Shown here: in pieces, positions 24,120-35,340 of the stretch
Numbering within the stretch: the first letter of the stretch is position 1
Layout: every line of letters begins with the position of its first letter
Assembly: GCA_008632985.1 (NCBI GenBank)
Contig: QPGO01000063.1
Coordinates: 310,001-374,000, forward strand
Length of the DNA stretch: 64,000 nt
Origin: Psammoneis japonica
Taxonomy: Eukaryota
Reading direction: 5' to 3'
Position numbers and translations under genes: made by a program
Notes under the pieces: generated by a model
What the model was told of the DNA's origin: nothing
What the model saw: only the letters and a program-made list of their open reading frames with translations
Database searches by the model: none

Positions 24120-24833
24120 TTCATTTTTTGCCTGCTTTGCATGTTTGCGCCGTGATGGTGAGTTCACAGCACCGTGCTTGTTTTGGTGCACTGGGCTGAT
24201 TCTGCCAGTGCTGGCATGACATCATGTTGTGTGCACCACACACTGGAGTGAGCTGCAAGTGTGGGAGCTTTGAGCTGTGGGACCTGGTGCCTCTTCATTG
24301 CTGCCAGCAGAGCACCAGCTTTGTCATTTGATCACTCCAACTGTGCTGAGGGCACAAGGACAGGGCTCTTGTTCTTGATGCTGTGAGTCACAAGGTTTGT
24401 TCTTCTCTTTTCACCTCTGCCCTGCAATGAGTGCATCTAACTTTTCAGAGGACTTGCCCTTGGCAAACACTTCCAGTTCTTTTTTTCCCTGGCTGCTTCG
24501 ATGACAACATGACAAGGACTGATGCTGGCTGGATTGCCGGGGTGGCTCATCTTGAGGTTTTTGAATGACATGCAGAACAGAGCTCTGGAGATGGCATCTT
24601 TGTTCACATTCACTCCTCCTGCATGAAGCAATCTCGAATTGAAAATGCCGCAGCATCCCGCAGGCAGCACTCTCCAAAAACAGGGGGTGCTGTCCTCAGC
24701 AAGCAACACTCTGGGCTCTCGTCACCATCAGGAGGAATCAACTCTCATCCTTGAATGATTTATGTGCCTTCTGAGTGTGAGTGCCAGGCAACCATGCGGT
24801 TGGTCCCATGTCTTCCGAGACATCTTGAAGTGA
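24120..24833 (-). pseudogene. Partial duplicate (3' third plus 3' flank) of the PhyH gene at 32978-34150
   Basis: Aligns to about 32708-33403 (LPAGCCGIFNSRLLHAGG...EKLDALIAGQR*) with frameshifts and TA>TG/CA, CG>TG/CA changes. Confidence 0.93.
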
Positions 24834-24903
24834 TCATCATCACGATCAATCGATCAAAACAGCAAACGATCGTGTCCGTGTGTTGGTTTGTCTGCAGAAT
24901 CTT

Positions 24904-24911
24904 TTTCGCGC
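24904..24911 (+). promoter_or_regulatory. Candidate E2F site (TTTCGCGC) upstream of RAD52
   Basis: Matches TTTSSCGC about 180 bp before the ATG. The motif is short and could be chance. Confidence 0.3.
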
Positions 24912-25086
24912 GATCTACCAATACAAATAAATCGCGTCTAACCGCCGCGACGACGACGACTCCTCAATCTGGTTGGGTCGAACGAGTCAAATTTAACGGT
25001 TGGATTTCATTCAAATCTCGCAATCAAAAAACTCAAAACATGCAACCGACAACGGACACCGGCGGTGGAACATTTTAGCGTTGACA

Positions 25087-26602
25087 ATGTCCAACGTCAC
25101 AAATCTGACGGCAGCGTCATGTCCCACCTCGACTACTCCAAGACCGGTACATCAAGTGTCGGCAGAAGTTGCTGCCATGGAGTCACACGCCAAACAAACG
25201 TATCGTCCACCGGGAAGTCAACATTCCGCAATGTCGTCGGAACATCAACACGCTGTTCCGGTAGAATTGGTACGAAACGCCGATGGAACTCCGCTTGTTG
25301 ATTCCAAGGGTCAAATTGTTTCCGTCGACAAAATTTTGGCGACAAAACCGCTCCGCCATGAGTTGAGCAGCCGTCCGGGTCCGGGAAATCGCAAACTCAC
25401 GTACTTGTCGGGCGAAGGTGTGACTCGCACACTCAATGACATTTTTGGGTACAGCGGATGGAATCTCGACATCAAATCAACCAAGCGAGAAGAATGCGTC
25501 AAGGACGACAAGGGACGCTATCATGTGGCGTATACTGCAACGGTACGATTGACCTTGTGCAAATCGGGAGCGTACAAGGAAGACTGTGGGGCGGGAGATG
25601 CAATCGATCGGTCTTTGGGAACAGCGGTAGCGAATGCACTCAAGGCTTCCGTGACGGATGCTATGAAACGAGCAGCGAGGCATTTTGGTGATAAGCTTGG
25701 GAATTGTGAGTGCAAATAATTGATTCGTAGTTGTCGTCGTGAATAATTACATTATTTCGCTCACGTTCTTGATATCTTTTTCTTTCGGATTCTCAGCTCT
25801 CTACAATGGAAATTTCAGCATGAACAAAGCACCCACCTCTCTTCAAAATGCTCTCGACCAGTATGATATCGATCGAGCCAATACAAAGTTTGGGTTTCCA
25901 AAAGATCGTGTTGCAAAGGCTAATGTTCAGACAAATAACGCTTCGACCGTACAGAAACAAACTAATACCTCCCAGCAAAAAACCGGCAGCTCATCTCAGG
26001 CTCCAGTCACTTCCACCCCAATCACTGCGACTACAAAAACAAGTGTACTCAAGCCACCGCCGGCACGTGTCAGCATGGGAAACACTGCCAGCAGGCAAGC
26101 TCTGCCATATCAGCCGACACCGGGCCCTTCCGACAACCAAAACAATCGTCCAATGGTCACGCCTCAACCACCACAAACTTCGCAATACCAGAAACCCACT
26201 ACTGTTGGTATTAAAGTTCCTCAGTCAAAGCCACCACCACCACCACAACAACAGCAGGGCCAACCCAAGGTTCCTCCCTTTCAGTCAAAGCCGACAAGTA
26301 TGAGCCAGTCGAATACTACCCAATCGCAATCCATCAAACCCATCTCTGCTCGAGAAAGTCTCGAGTCAAGTGGTCTCTTTGATTTGTCCATGTTTACAGC
26401 CGGAACCAAAACGACGGCTCTGCAAGGCAACAATGAAAATATTCACCCATACGACATGCCTCGTCCCGCCACGTCCACGGGACGGGGCCCCATGGCTGGC
26501 AAAAAGAGGACGACAGCGTCGTCTTGTCAAGAAGCAGAGACTCGCAGCAAGAAACAACCATCCGATGGGGTCAGCAATCCCTATCTTGCAAATAGTTTGT
26601 AG
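25087..26602 (+). CDS. RAD52: DNA repair/recombination protein RAD52 (exons 25087-25705, 25797-26602)
   Basis: Rad52/22 domain RPGPGNRKLTYLSG...NDIFGYSGW...VTDAMKRAARHFGDKLGN|SLY joined across a GTGAGT...CAG intron, followed by a Pro/Gln/Thr-rich disordered tail. Start codon uncertain. Confidence 0.93.
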
Positions 26603-26964
26603 CGGTGGTGGTCGACTTTTGCGCCCCTTGTGTTTTGCTGTAACGGGGTAATTATTGTGTGTGAATTCCAGCACGATTCTCCCGTCAATTGTCCAACCGA
26701 CTGGGTTTTTGGATGTGTCGCGATTTGCAGGTCCCGAGATGCTATTCAATTGCATTATGGAACTGTCTATTTCAAAGAGTGAACAGCAAGAGCAAATATC
26801 TACAGGATACCCATACTATGGACTACCAGGTATGGAGTGTGAATGTTTCTATTCCAGAGACTGGAAAAGATCCATGTACTTTGTAATCTAGCATATTTTA
26901 CTACTGGCTCCAACGAATGTATATCTACTCTAGACAGTGTTGTCTTGAATCTGTGTGCATGATT

Positions 26965-28638
26965 TCAGTTTGACATCAGCGAAGAAGTGTTTTTCTCGGA
27001 GACGTAGTTCCTTCTCGTCTTTTCGTCCATGACCTGCACCTCGCTTGGAGAAATTGCTCCAGACGCCACCATTCTCACCAAGTCCAACGATAGCTTCTCG
27101 TTTCCATCATCACTATTTTTCTCTGCATCACTTCCGCGATATACCATGGTCCCATCTATTGGATAGTATGCGTCCTTGTTCTTTTCAAACAAGGCATTCC
27201 AATCCTTCCATAGCTCCTTTCGTACATACTGCATGGGAGAACGACCCTGTTTGTCTTGAACAAGCACTTGTTGGGGGTCCACTCGCAGAATTAAATCAGC
27301 TATTGGTTCACAAAAGTTGGATGCCCATGCAGCGTGATGCAGGGGCGTCCGTCCAAACCCATCGCAGACACGCAAGCTACAACCATGATTGACGAGGCAC
27401 TCTAGAATGCAAAAGTTGGAGCGCTTGCAAACGAGATCGACAATCGAGTCACCAAAGGAATTGCGTGGGTTGGGAGACACTCCGCATTCCAAGAGAGATT
27501 TTAATAGCGTAACATTCGAGGCATTGACGGCCTTGACCATTTCTGCTCCAAAGGATGCGAGTTGCAATTGTGTTGGGGCACTGCTGTAGCCCGCTTTTGT
27601 GGTGGATAGCTTCTTGGTGCGATACCCACGCTCGTGAAGAAGGGTCATGACGTGAACATCCGGCGAGTCTTGCGCTTGTTCCAAGTTTGCTGATAACGAG
27701 TTACGAACACCACCGCCAAATACTTTAACTTTCTCAGTTTTGTGTGGTTGGTCTACCATGATTCGAGGTTGTGGGAGAGGATTCATTTTGGGAGGGTCAA
27801 TGTCGGATAAGGTAGGCCCACGAGCCACGACATCTAGAGATCCTAAGAGAGCGTCATATCTCGGGAGTTTTGACGGAGGGGGTGCTTTTGAGGAACCGGT
27901 TCTCTTGTTGGCTCGTTTCTTAGCTGTAGACGACTCTCGTGGTTTGATAGCAGCTGCCTGTGTAGCAGACGCTACTGGTTGACCAATCTGAGAAGACGGT
28001 GCTTGACTTGATGGAACTTGAGATTGAGCGATGTATGTAGGATTCGTCGGTAAATGTAGTGGAGGAGGTGCCTGCTGAACATTAACTGCTCCAGTAGAAT
28101 AGGTAGCAGGAAGAGGAGCCATTCTCTTATCGCCGACTCCATCCTCAAAGGCCCAAAGAATAGCGTCTTCAAGGGGAGAATTGCTTCTCTTTTGCACCCC
28201 TGATGTTGCAATGCGAGCAGCATCACTGGAAGGATTCTGGTTCGAAGTAGCAGACTGAGCTTGTGACTGCTGTTGTTGCATCGGTGTCGGCAAGGGAATC
28301 TGTTGAGGTGTCGCAGTGATCGGATGAGCGCCTGGTTGTTGCTGCATTTGTTGAACGTATGCCTGAAAGAAGTTCTGATAGAGAGATGAATTCTGGTGGG
28401 GTGGTATTCTTCCATCATCTTGCGGATTTGGATGCTGCTGAACTGCAGCGGTACACACAGATACAGACGTGGCTTTGGAAAGCTCCGAATCCAAAGGAGC
28501 GCCAGCTACTTGATTCATCCCGGATGTCACATGTTGAGAGCCATCTTGATCACACTCTTGACCACTCACTTTCTCTTGTTGACCTTCATTGTTACATGAA
28601 GAGTCCTCTTGTTGAGCACGGTTGTTCGTCGGGGGCAT
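26965..28638 (-). CDS. Ankyrin-repeat protein with Gln/Pro-rich N-terminus
   Basis: GVSPNPRNSFGDSIVDLVC, DGFGRTPLHHAAW and DKQGRSPMQY ankyrin-like motifs in an intact long ORF. Confidence 0.85.
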   Translation of the reverse strand: MPPTNNRAQQEDSSCNNEGQQEKVSGQECDQDGSQHVTSGMNQVAGAPLDSELSKATSVSVCTAAVQQHPNPQDDGRIPPHQNSSLYQNFFQAYVQQMQQQPGAHPITATPQQIPLPTPMQQQQSQAQSATSNQNPSSDAARIATSGVQKRSNSPLEDAILWAFEDGVGDKRMAPLPATYSTGAVNVQQAPPPLHLPTNPTYIAQSQVPSSQAPSSQIGQPVASATQAAAIKPRESSTAKKRANKRTGSSKAPPPSKLPRYDALLGSLDVVARGPTLSDIDPPKMNPLPQPRIMVDQPHKTEKVKVFGGGVRNSLSANLEQAQDSPDVHVMTLLHERGYRTKKLSTTKAGYSSAPTQLQLASFGAEMVKAVNASNVTLLKSLLECGVSPNPRNSFGDSIVDLVCKRSNFCILECLVNHGCSLRVCDGFGRTPLHHAAWASNFCEPIADLILRVDPQQVLVQDKQGRSPMQYVRKELWKDWNALFEKNKDAYYPIDGTMVYRGSDAEKNSDDGNEKLSLDLVRMVASGAISPSEVQVMDEKTRRNYVSEKNTSSLMSN

Positions 28639-31269
28639 GGATGCTTTGGGATCTCGCTCTTGGCTAACGAAACGATGCAAGGTTTGAATGTCGAGAGGAC
28701 CGGATCCGGATATTAAGTTTTTTCGATCCTCCTCGGGCTTCTAGCTTGTTTTGTTCACTGTTGGTATGAACGGAACCGCAGCGTTTCACGACAATAAGTT
28801 GTCTCTGCTCTCTCTAGCTATGGAGAGTATCTACTTGAACTCCAACGATCGACTTGGAATCACGAAGGGCAACGAATTTTCTTGGATGAAATTCGTTGTT
28901 GATTGCCTCAACGTTGCCTCTCTTCTCCGAACACGATCTGAACAATATTTGATATATATCAGTTAATATAGATTTTTATATATGACATCATCCGTCAGGA
29001 ACAGCAACTTTTGACGAAGGAAACAGCTGTCTAATTCAGTGTGACGTAGGAGCCCTAAAAGCGGGACGTCACGTTCCTGTTCTGTTCTGCGTGCCGCGGC
29101 ATGTTTGTGGCAAGGACCGTTTTTGTTCATTCTCTGGGGCCGAGGTAGAATGCGACTGTTCTGCCAGAAAATAGAGTGCCCTGGATCTCTGCAAGCATGT
29201 CAACCCAACGAGTCTCCATCCAATGCACAACTGCCAGAAGAGCAGGGGTCTTAGATCCACCAGGAGCTCCAGATTTGGGTGTCTTTGCCACAAGGAACAT
29301 TGTTGTTGTTCAGCGAGTCTGTCAAATCTGAGATGTCAAGAGAGCCTGAAGTGGCGGGCAATGCTGGTGGAGCCTTGGGAGCACAAACTGGATGGTGCAT
29401 GGCATCAGAAAACTTGCTCCAGTCCCTGAACATGTGTTGCATCATGGCAAGCATCCTCAAGCGCAGAGATGCGGTGTGCCAACAGCGACAACACACCACC
29501 TCGGTGCAATGAGCCCAAAGAGCTTGTTCAATTTTGTGGCACATCCTCTGTCAAGACAAATGACACACTTGGTCAGAAGATGCAGGACCAACAACCTTGA
29601 AGGGCACTTTTCTGGACAGCGATGCAACTGGCGGCACATCAGCGGGGTCAACCAAGGGTTTGCGGGAGGATGAGCTCTTAAAGAACACACTCCCGAAGCA
29701 GATCAACAGTGTTGTCCTTGGCCTTTGTGTGCTTGGGATCATAAAAAAAACAATCCTGCAGTTGAAGTGCTTGGTGTCTTCATGGTTTCAAGTGTGTCAT
29801 GGCTGCAAAAACAACCAAGAATGGGGGTCATTCGAAAATGTCCCAAGAGCCACAATTGACATTTAAAAAAAAAGGAAAAACACCAAATCATGTGGAAATG
29901 CACAAAATGTCACATGAGAGGGTGATTGGAGCTGCTGACTTTTTGAGAACTCAGCTGAAATGTTGTTTGATCAAAAGCACCTTCTTGATTTGCGTGGCAA
30001 AGAGCAACACCTTTGACCAGATGACATTTCACTTGATTTCCCAAGAAGTTGACATTTGACCATGGATGGACAGACAGACTGATGTCAATTGTTTCTGGTT
30101 CCCTTCCACACAATTTCTGCACAATGACTCTGAGAGCTGCAAGGATTCCCATGGAGAAAACTCCTTGACATGAGTCACAAATGGGCTGCTTGGCGGTTGG
30201 AATTGTCATGGTTGATGAGGTGTGCAACAAAACAAAACCCAAATTCTGCATTTGAGGTGCTGCTGCACTTCCACCCTGCAACTCCGGCAAAACAAGCTAG
30301 CCCACACCCCCAGCACACCAGTGGTGTGGCAGGGGCATGCAATGACTGGCCAACATTGGCACCACCACCAGGTGGTTCAAGCCAAAACAACTGGTGACAG
30401 CACAAGTGCCTCTTGCAGCAAGATGCATCAGTTGATCATGCCAGTCTGTGGGACCTGTGTGCCAATGAAATGAGCACTTCCAGGATCAAAAATGGCAGAG
30501 CAGGCTTGTTCACAGTCAGCCCACAACAAAAACCACAAAACAAGTCACTGTGGAAATTGTGGCACAGAAGGACAATGGCCTGATGAGGCCACAACCTGAC
30601 AGAAGAGTGACAGCTGAGAGTGACAAGCATGTGGGGTTACTCCCTGCGAACCAGTGACAGTGACAACCCATGTGCCAGCAAGAAAGAGTCAGAGGAAGAT
30701 CTCAGAAAGATCATCACATTGATCTCGTCCATCTAAAAGCTGCTGCCCATCATCCATGTGCAGTCTGACCTTGTGCAGGGGCAGCTGACAGCAACCACTG
30801 CTGGCAGCCAGAGTGTGGAGTTAAGTTGAGGCAACAAAGTTGACTGCAATTGCCACATTTAGAAGCTGGTTTCCACCAAAGCCAGGGCTCCACTTGTTGG
30901 ACATTCCAAGGACCCCCTTTGGAGTCTTTGCCAGACTTTTTCAAGTTTTGCACATGAGATTTTGCTGAAAGACATGGTCCTGTTCATCAACATCCTTGAA
31001 ATCATCCAAGCAGCATTGGCTCCACATTTGTTTCCACTTTTCACAACAAGAGCTTTGTGTTGAGTTCTGCAATCCATTTTTGTCAAGTCATCATTCATGA
31101 TGGAAGGCCAAACAAGAGCACATCCTTTTTAGGCATGACAGTCAAGTCGAGTTCGGCAAAGCTTGCTTGTCCCAGCTCCCTTGAGGCTCTCATCATTCAA
31201 GTGCATGAAAACTGTCAACAACCATGGTCCCATGGGTTGTTGATTCTGCATTTCAACAAAATTGTGGTG

Positions 31270-32291
31270 TTCATGCTGACAGGTGACAGCACTTGTTCAC
31301 TTCGCACTTGAGCAGTTGCTGCAAACAATCCAAGCACCGCTCGGGAATGCCCGTCAAGTTGCCGATTTGTTCCATGATTCCCATGGCAAAGGGACTTTTG
31401 TGGCACTCATCATGGCCCCAAGCTTGTTGCAAGGCATGACAGTCTGTCACCTCAGCTTCAAACAAGACCATTGTCTTGGAAGAGCCTGTAGCTTGTGCGG
31501 TGGATCACTCGCACCCAAGAGCAGCGCCCACCTCAATCAAGGTGTCACATTCCATGTCATTCAAACAGTCATCCAGCACTGCAATCTGTGGTCCATTGGT
31601 TGTTTTGTCATCATCTGATGGTTGTGACAGAATGAAAACTTTGTGCAATTTATTCCACTTTGATTCTTGGTCGGCAATGTGCTCAAACACTTTGTGAGTT
31701 CCCTTGGCTCCATGGCACAAGCGGAATGGTTGGATCCCATGATGGACATCTCAACATGACGTCCAAATCAAAACAACAAGACATGATGCTCCACACTGCT
31801 CCAGCATGAACTGGGCATTGTTTTTGCATTCCCCAACAGTCTTCCAATGGACACAGCTCTCATTGGGGTTTGTGCACACTTGTCTCACAATGCAAACTCA
31901 CAATCTGATTCCATGTGCACTTCAGGGTGCAGACAATCCAGAGTTTCAGCAACAACAAATTGAACTGCTTCATGGTTGCCATGCAGCATGACTTGTGGAA
32001 CACCCAAATCAATTGATCCATCATTGCAGGCATGCGGACAACTCTTGCGACACAAGGATCGAACGCCAGATGAAAAGGAAGCACGGCAACAACCCGCTCG
32101 TGCCCATGTGGTGCATTGGCTGCATTCATCCACGCAAAATCCAAAGGAACATGATCCACATCATTAAGATGTGGGATGCTCTCGAGACTTGGTCTCTTTT
32201 GAGCAAAGACAGCAGCCGAACCGGTGCATTGCATTGTCACTTGTTGGAACAGCAGCCAAGCAATCAGATGTTTCGTGTGCTCCGTGATCAT
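31270..32291 (-). pseudogene. Prolyl 4-hydroxylase alpha-like gene with ShKT domain, degenerate
   Basis: ShKT NESCVHWKTVGECKNNAQFMLEQCGASC (about 31770-31865), VLDDCLNDMECDTLIEVG, and IGNLTGIP...QLLKCEVNKCC (from LLKYEV..YY). Confidence 0.75.
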
Positions 32292-32977
32292 TCGCAGCTG
32301 CACTCAGCAAGTCCTGTTGCTCACAATGTCTTTATGAAGTAGATTGTTTGTTGTATTTCACTCTTAACTCTTCAACCAGGCGGCAACGATGATGACGCCA
32401 TGGCTCAAATAGAAACATGAAACATGAGCTGAAGATTGCCGATGACAGTGAGAGCGTTGGATTCGTCCAAAATTTCAATAAAAAAGTGCGGGAATCAATC
32501 AAGCGCAAAAAACCAGCAAAACTAAAAAAAAGTGAGGCAAAATGAACAACACTGTCTGTTTGCGCTTTCACTTCACGTCCTTGGTGTTTGCATTGAAGCC
32601 GACGCATCAGTTTGCGCCCCATCACTCTGCACGTCTTCACACCAAGTATGTTTCAATGAAGGTAGGGCCCTAGCTTTTATTACATTTTCAATTTGTGAAT
32701 GATTTGTTCATTTTGCCTACAGGATTTTGCATTTGCTCCGTGTCGGTGAATTCACCGCACCATGCTTATTTGCACTTGGCTACTTCTACGGCACTGACAT
32801 GAGGTATGATATGCACCACGCAATGGAACGAGCTCCGAGTGAGGGAGCTTCAAGATGGGGCCTAGAGCCTCTTCATCACTGCCAGTAGAGTATTAGCTTT
32901 GTTATTTGATCATTCTAATTGTGAACGCATGAATGGGGCTTGACACTCTCTGAGTCACAACGTTTGTTCTTCTCTCT

Positions 32978-34150
32978 TCACCTCTGCCCCGCAATGAGTG
33001 CATCTAACTTTTCAGAGGGTTTGCCCTTGGCAAATGCCTCCAGTTCTTTCCCTAACTGCTTCACTGTAAGTTTTGCATCGCCAACATCAGGATGAACACT
33101 GGCTGGATTGCCGGGGTGGCTTATCTTGGGGTTTTTGAATGACACGTAGAACAGAGCTCTGGAGATGGCATCTTTGTTCACGTTCGCTCCTCCCGCATGA
33201 AGCAATCTCGAATCGAAAATACCACAGCATCCCGCAGGCAGCATTCCAAAAACGGCAGGCGTTGTCCTCAATAAATGATCCTTTGGGCTCTCGTCGCTAT
33301 CAGGAGAAATTGACTCGTCCTTGAATGATTCATGTGTCTTCTGAGTATGAGTGCCAGGCAACCATACGGTTGGTCCCATGTCTTCCGAGATATCTTGAAG
33401 TGACACAAAGCACGTGTAGAGGACGGGTTCATCGGCCGCCAACCCTCCCATAGCACCATAAGGTGTATCCGGATGGATGCATTGTCTCTGACTACCTGGA
33501 TCTGATATTAAGCAAGAAAACTCATAGAGAACCGCATTGGGACCTAGCAACGCTTCGATAGTTGGTCGTATGGCGCTGTGGTTTACAATTTGATCGAGAG
33601 CACGCATCACAACGTCAGCTCCAAGACGTTGTACCATATCGCATCGATTGTGCTGCAACAAAACATCTGCGAAACGATATCTTTTAGGTACTTCACCATC
33701 TTCCACCTCCTGTGTAGCCTTTTCTCGCAAATTCAGCTCAAAATCCCGAAGCTCTTTTGCCAGACTTTTCGACATCACATCATCAATTCTAACCACCCCT
33801 TGCTTTCTCAGCACCTTGGCATGGGCCTTGCCCTGTTCCTTCAACAGCCTCTTCTTTCCATCTCCTTTGTTGCCGCCACCAAATCCACCTCCAGCTCCCG
33901 CGCCCCGTATTTTCGGTTTGTTTGCTTGGAGTGGTGTGTAATTTCCCATTAAGTTTTCTTCAACTTCACCGCGAGTCACAATCATTTGTTCTTGCACTTC
34001 GTAAAGTCCAAACTCAGGCAAGTTGCTGCTGGCTGTTTCAAACAAGCTCCATGATTGTCTTGACTGGAGGGTAGAAGGAGAGAAAAAGGCTCCAGAGCTA
34101 CCCCACTGAGACACAAGAAGTAGGAGCTGAAACGTCAAGAGGGTGGCCAT
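32978..34150 (-). CDS. PhyH-family 2OG-Fe(II) dioxygenase, probably plastid-targeted
   Basis: HxD (IHPDTP)...H (LLHAGGAN) and MGPTVWLPGTH motifs. Signal peptide ends SSGA|FF (ASAFAP-like). Confidence 0.88.
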   Translation of the reverse strand: MATLLTFQLLLLVSQWGSSGAFFSPSTLQSRQSWSLFETASSNLPEFGLYEVQEQMIVTRGEVEENLMGNYTPLQANKPKIRGAGAGGGFGGGNKGDGKKRLLKEQGKAHAKVLRKQGVVRIDDVMSKSLAKELRDFELNLREKATQEVEDGEVPKRYRFADVLLQHNRCDMVQRLGADVVMRALDQIVNHSAIRPTIEALLGPNAVLYEFSCLISDPGSQRQCIHPDTPYGAMGGLAADEPVLYTCFVSLQDISEDMGPTVWLPGTHTQKTHESFKDESISPDSDESPKDHLLRTTPAVFGMLPAGCCGIFDSRLLHAGGANVNKDAISRALFYVSFKNPKISHPGNPASVHPDVGDAKLTVKQLGKELEAFAKGKPSEKLDALIAGQR

Positions 34151-34238
34151 GGTACGGTAGAGCTTTATTGGTTAGGGAAACTCTAGAAGTACCTACTAGC
34201 TAGCAGTACGCGCGCGTGAAGTTCACGTGCAACGTCAC

Positions 34239-35036
34239 CTAGTGGCGCGGGGGAGGGACAGACGCGGGGCAATGGCGGAACTGAGTCATGTAGGCAGGAA
34301 AAGGGATGGATTTCGAGTTGGGGTTTGATGTTTGCGATTGTAGTTTGGTGGAGTAGCGGGTTAGTTGGTCAGCGAGCGATTTGGTAATCGCGAGGCTCAG
34401 GCTCTGTAGACCCCATTGTGACGGTGTTGAGGAGTGGCAGGTCAGGCCAAAGCGTTCGGCAGAGATGGTTTGCCAAGTGGCGGTGGCGGCAGGGAGGATG
34501 GCAGACGGGGATTGTTGGGCGTAGGCATGTGCGGCGTGGGCAGCTGAGTGTTGGAAACAGGTTTCAGTGTTCCAAGGTGGGGCAGGTGGAGCAGGGATGG
34601 GGAGGTCTTGGTTGGCGCCAAAAAGAAGGCAGTGGGCGAAGCAGCCTGGAGCTCCTGGGTGGTCGATGGCAAAGGGAATGAGGCAGATGCCGGCGTTGTT
34701 AAGGGCGGATGTGAGGGTTGCTTCATGTTGGGTCTCATGGGTTCCGTTGAACTTCCGTTTTGTGCTTGCATTGTGTGCCTCGGCATGAGGGTTGAGGGTG
34801 GGGGCAGGCAAGCCAGGAGCAGGCAATGGGGGAGGTTTAGGGACAGTGACGTCAATGGCAAGGTATCGGTGGCCGAGAGGGGAGGCAGTAGAGGCGGCTG
34901 GGGTAAGTTGGATGCGAATGAAACCAGAATTCCAGAATGGCTGGGCAGTGGGCAGCGGGCGGGCGGCAAAAACTGACATCCGTGCGCGGTTGATGGACAG
35001 GCCGAGTAGCTCTACCGGTAGAGTTTTCAGTTTCAA
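34239..35036 (-). mobile_element. 3' fragment of a non-LTR retrotransposon with restriction-like endonuclease
   Basis: LAIDVTV...KRKF...LIPFAIDHPGAPG resembles the RLE C-terminus. Partly TpA-depleted. Confidence 0.6.
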
Positions 35037-35340
35037 TTTGCCATTCGACTCACTCTTCCTTTTCGGTCTAAGACCTACTGTAGACTAGTAGAGGTAGTCA
35101 TTGCTACTAGAGGGTTAAAAGTCATTTTTACTACTTTCAGTCCCAATCGGAAAGGGAAAATCCAAGGGCTGCAGCTCAACCACGCAACGGCATCCACCTA
35201 TTGTCTCTGCGGCTAGAGTGCCAGCTCTACGAGTTGAGACTAGCCTATGTTACCACCCTAAGCTCTCCTCTACAAAAAGAAAAGAGTCATCGATTGTAAG
35301 GATGTGTCAGGAGCTCATTTCTTTTAGAATTCTTGGTTCG

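Noticed and set aside
25087..26602. RAD52 as the enzyme behind the hypermutation
   Set aside because: Only proximity supports this. RAD52 is a strand-annealing protein, and no deaminase, methylase or polymerase gene is visible in the window.
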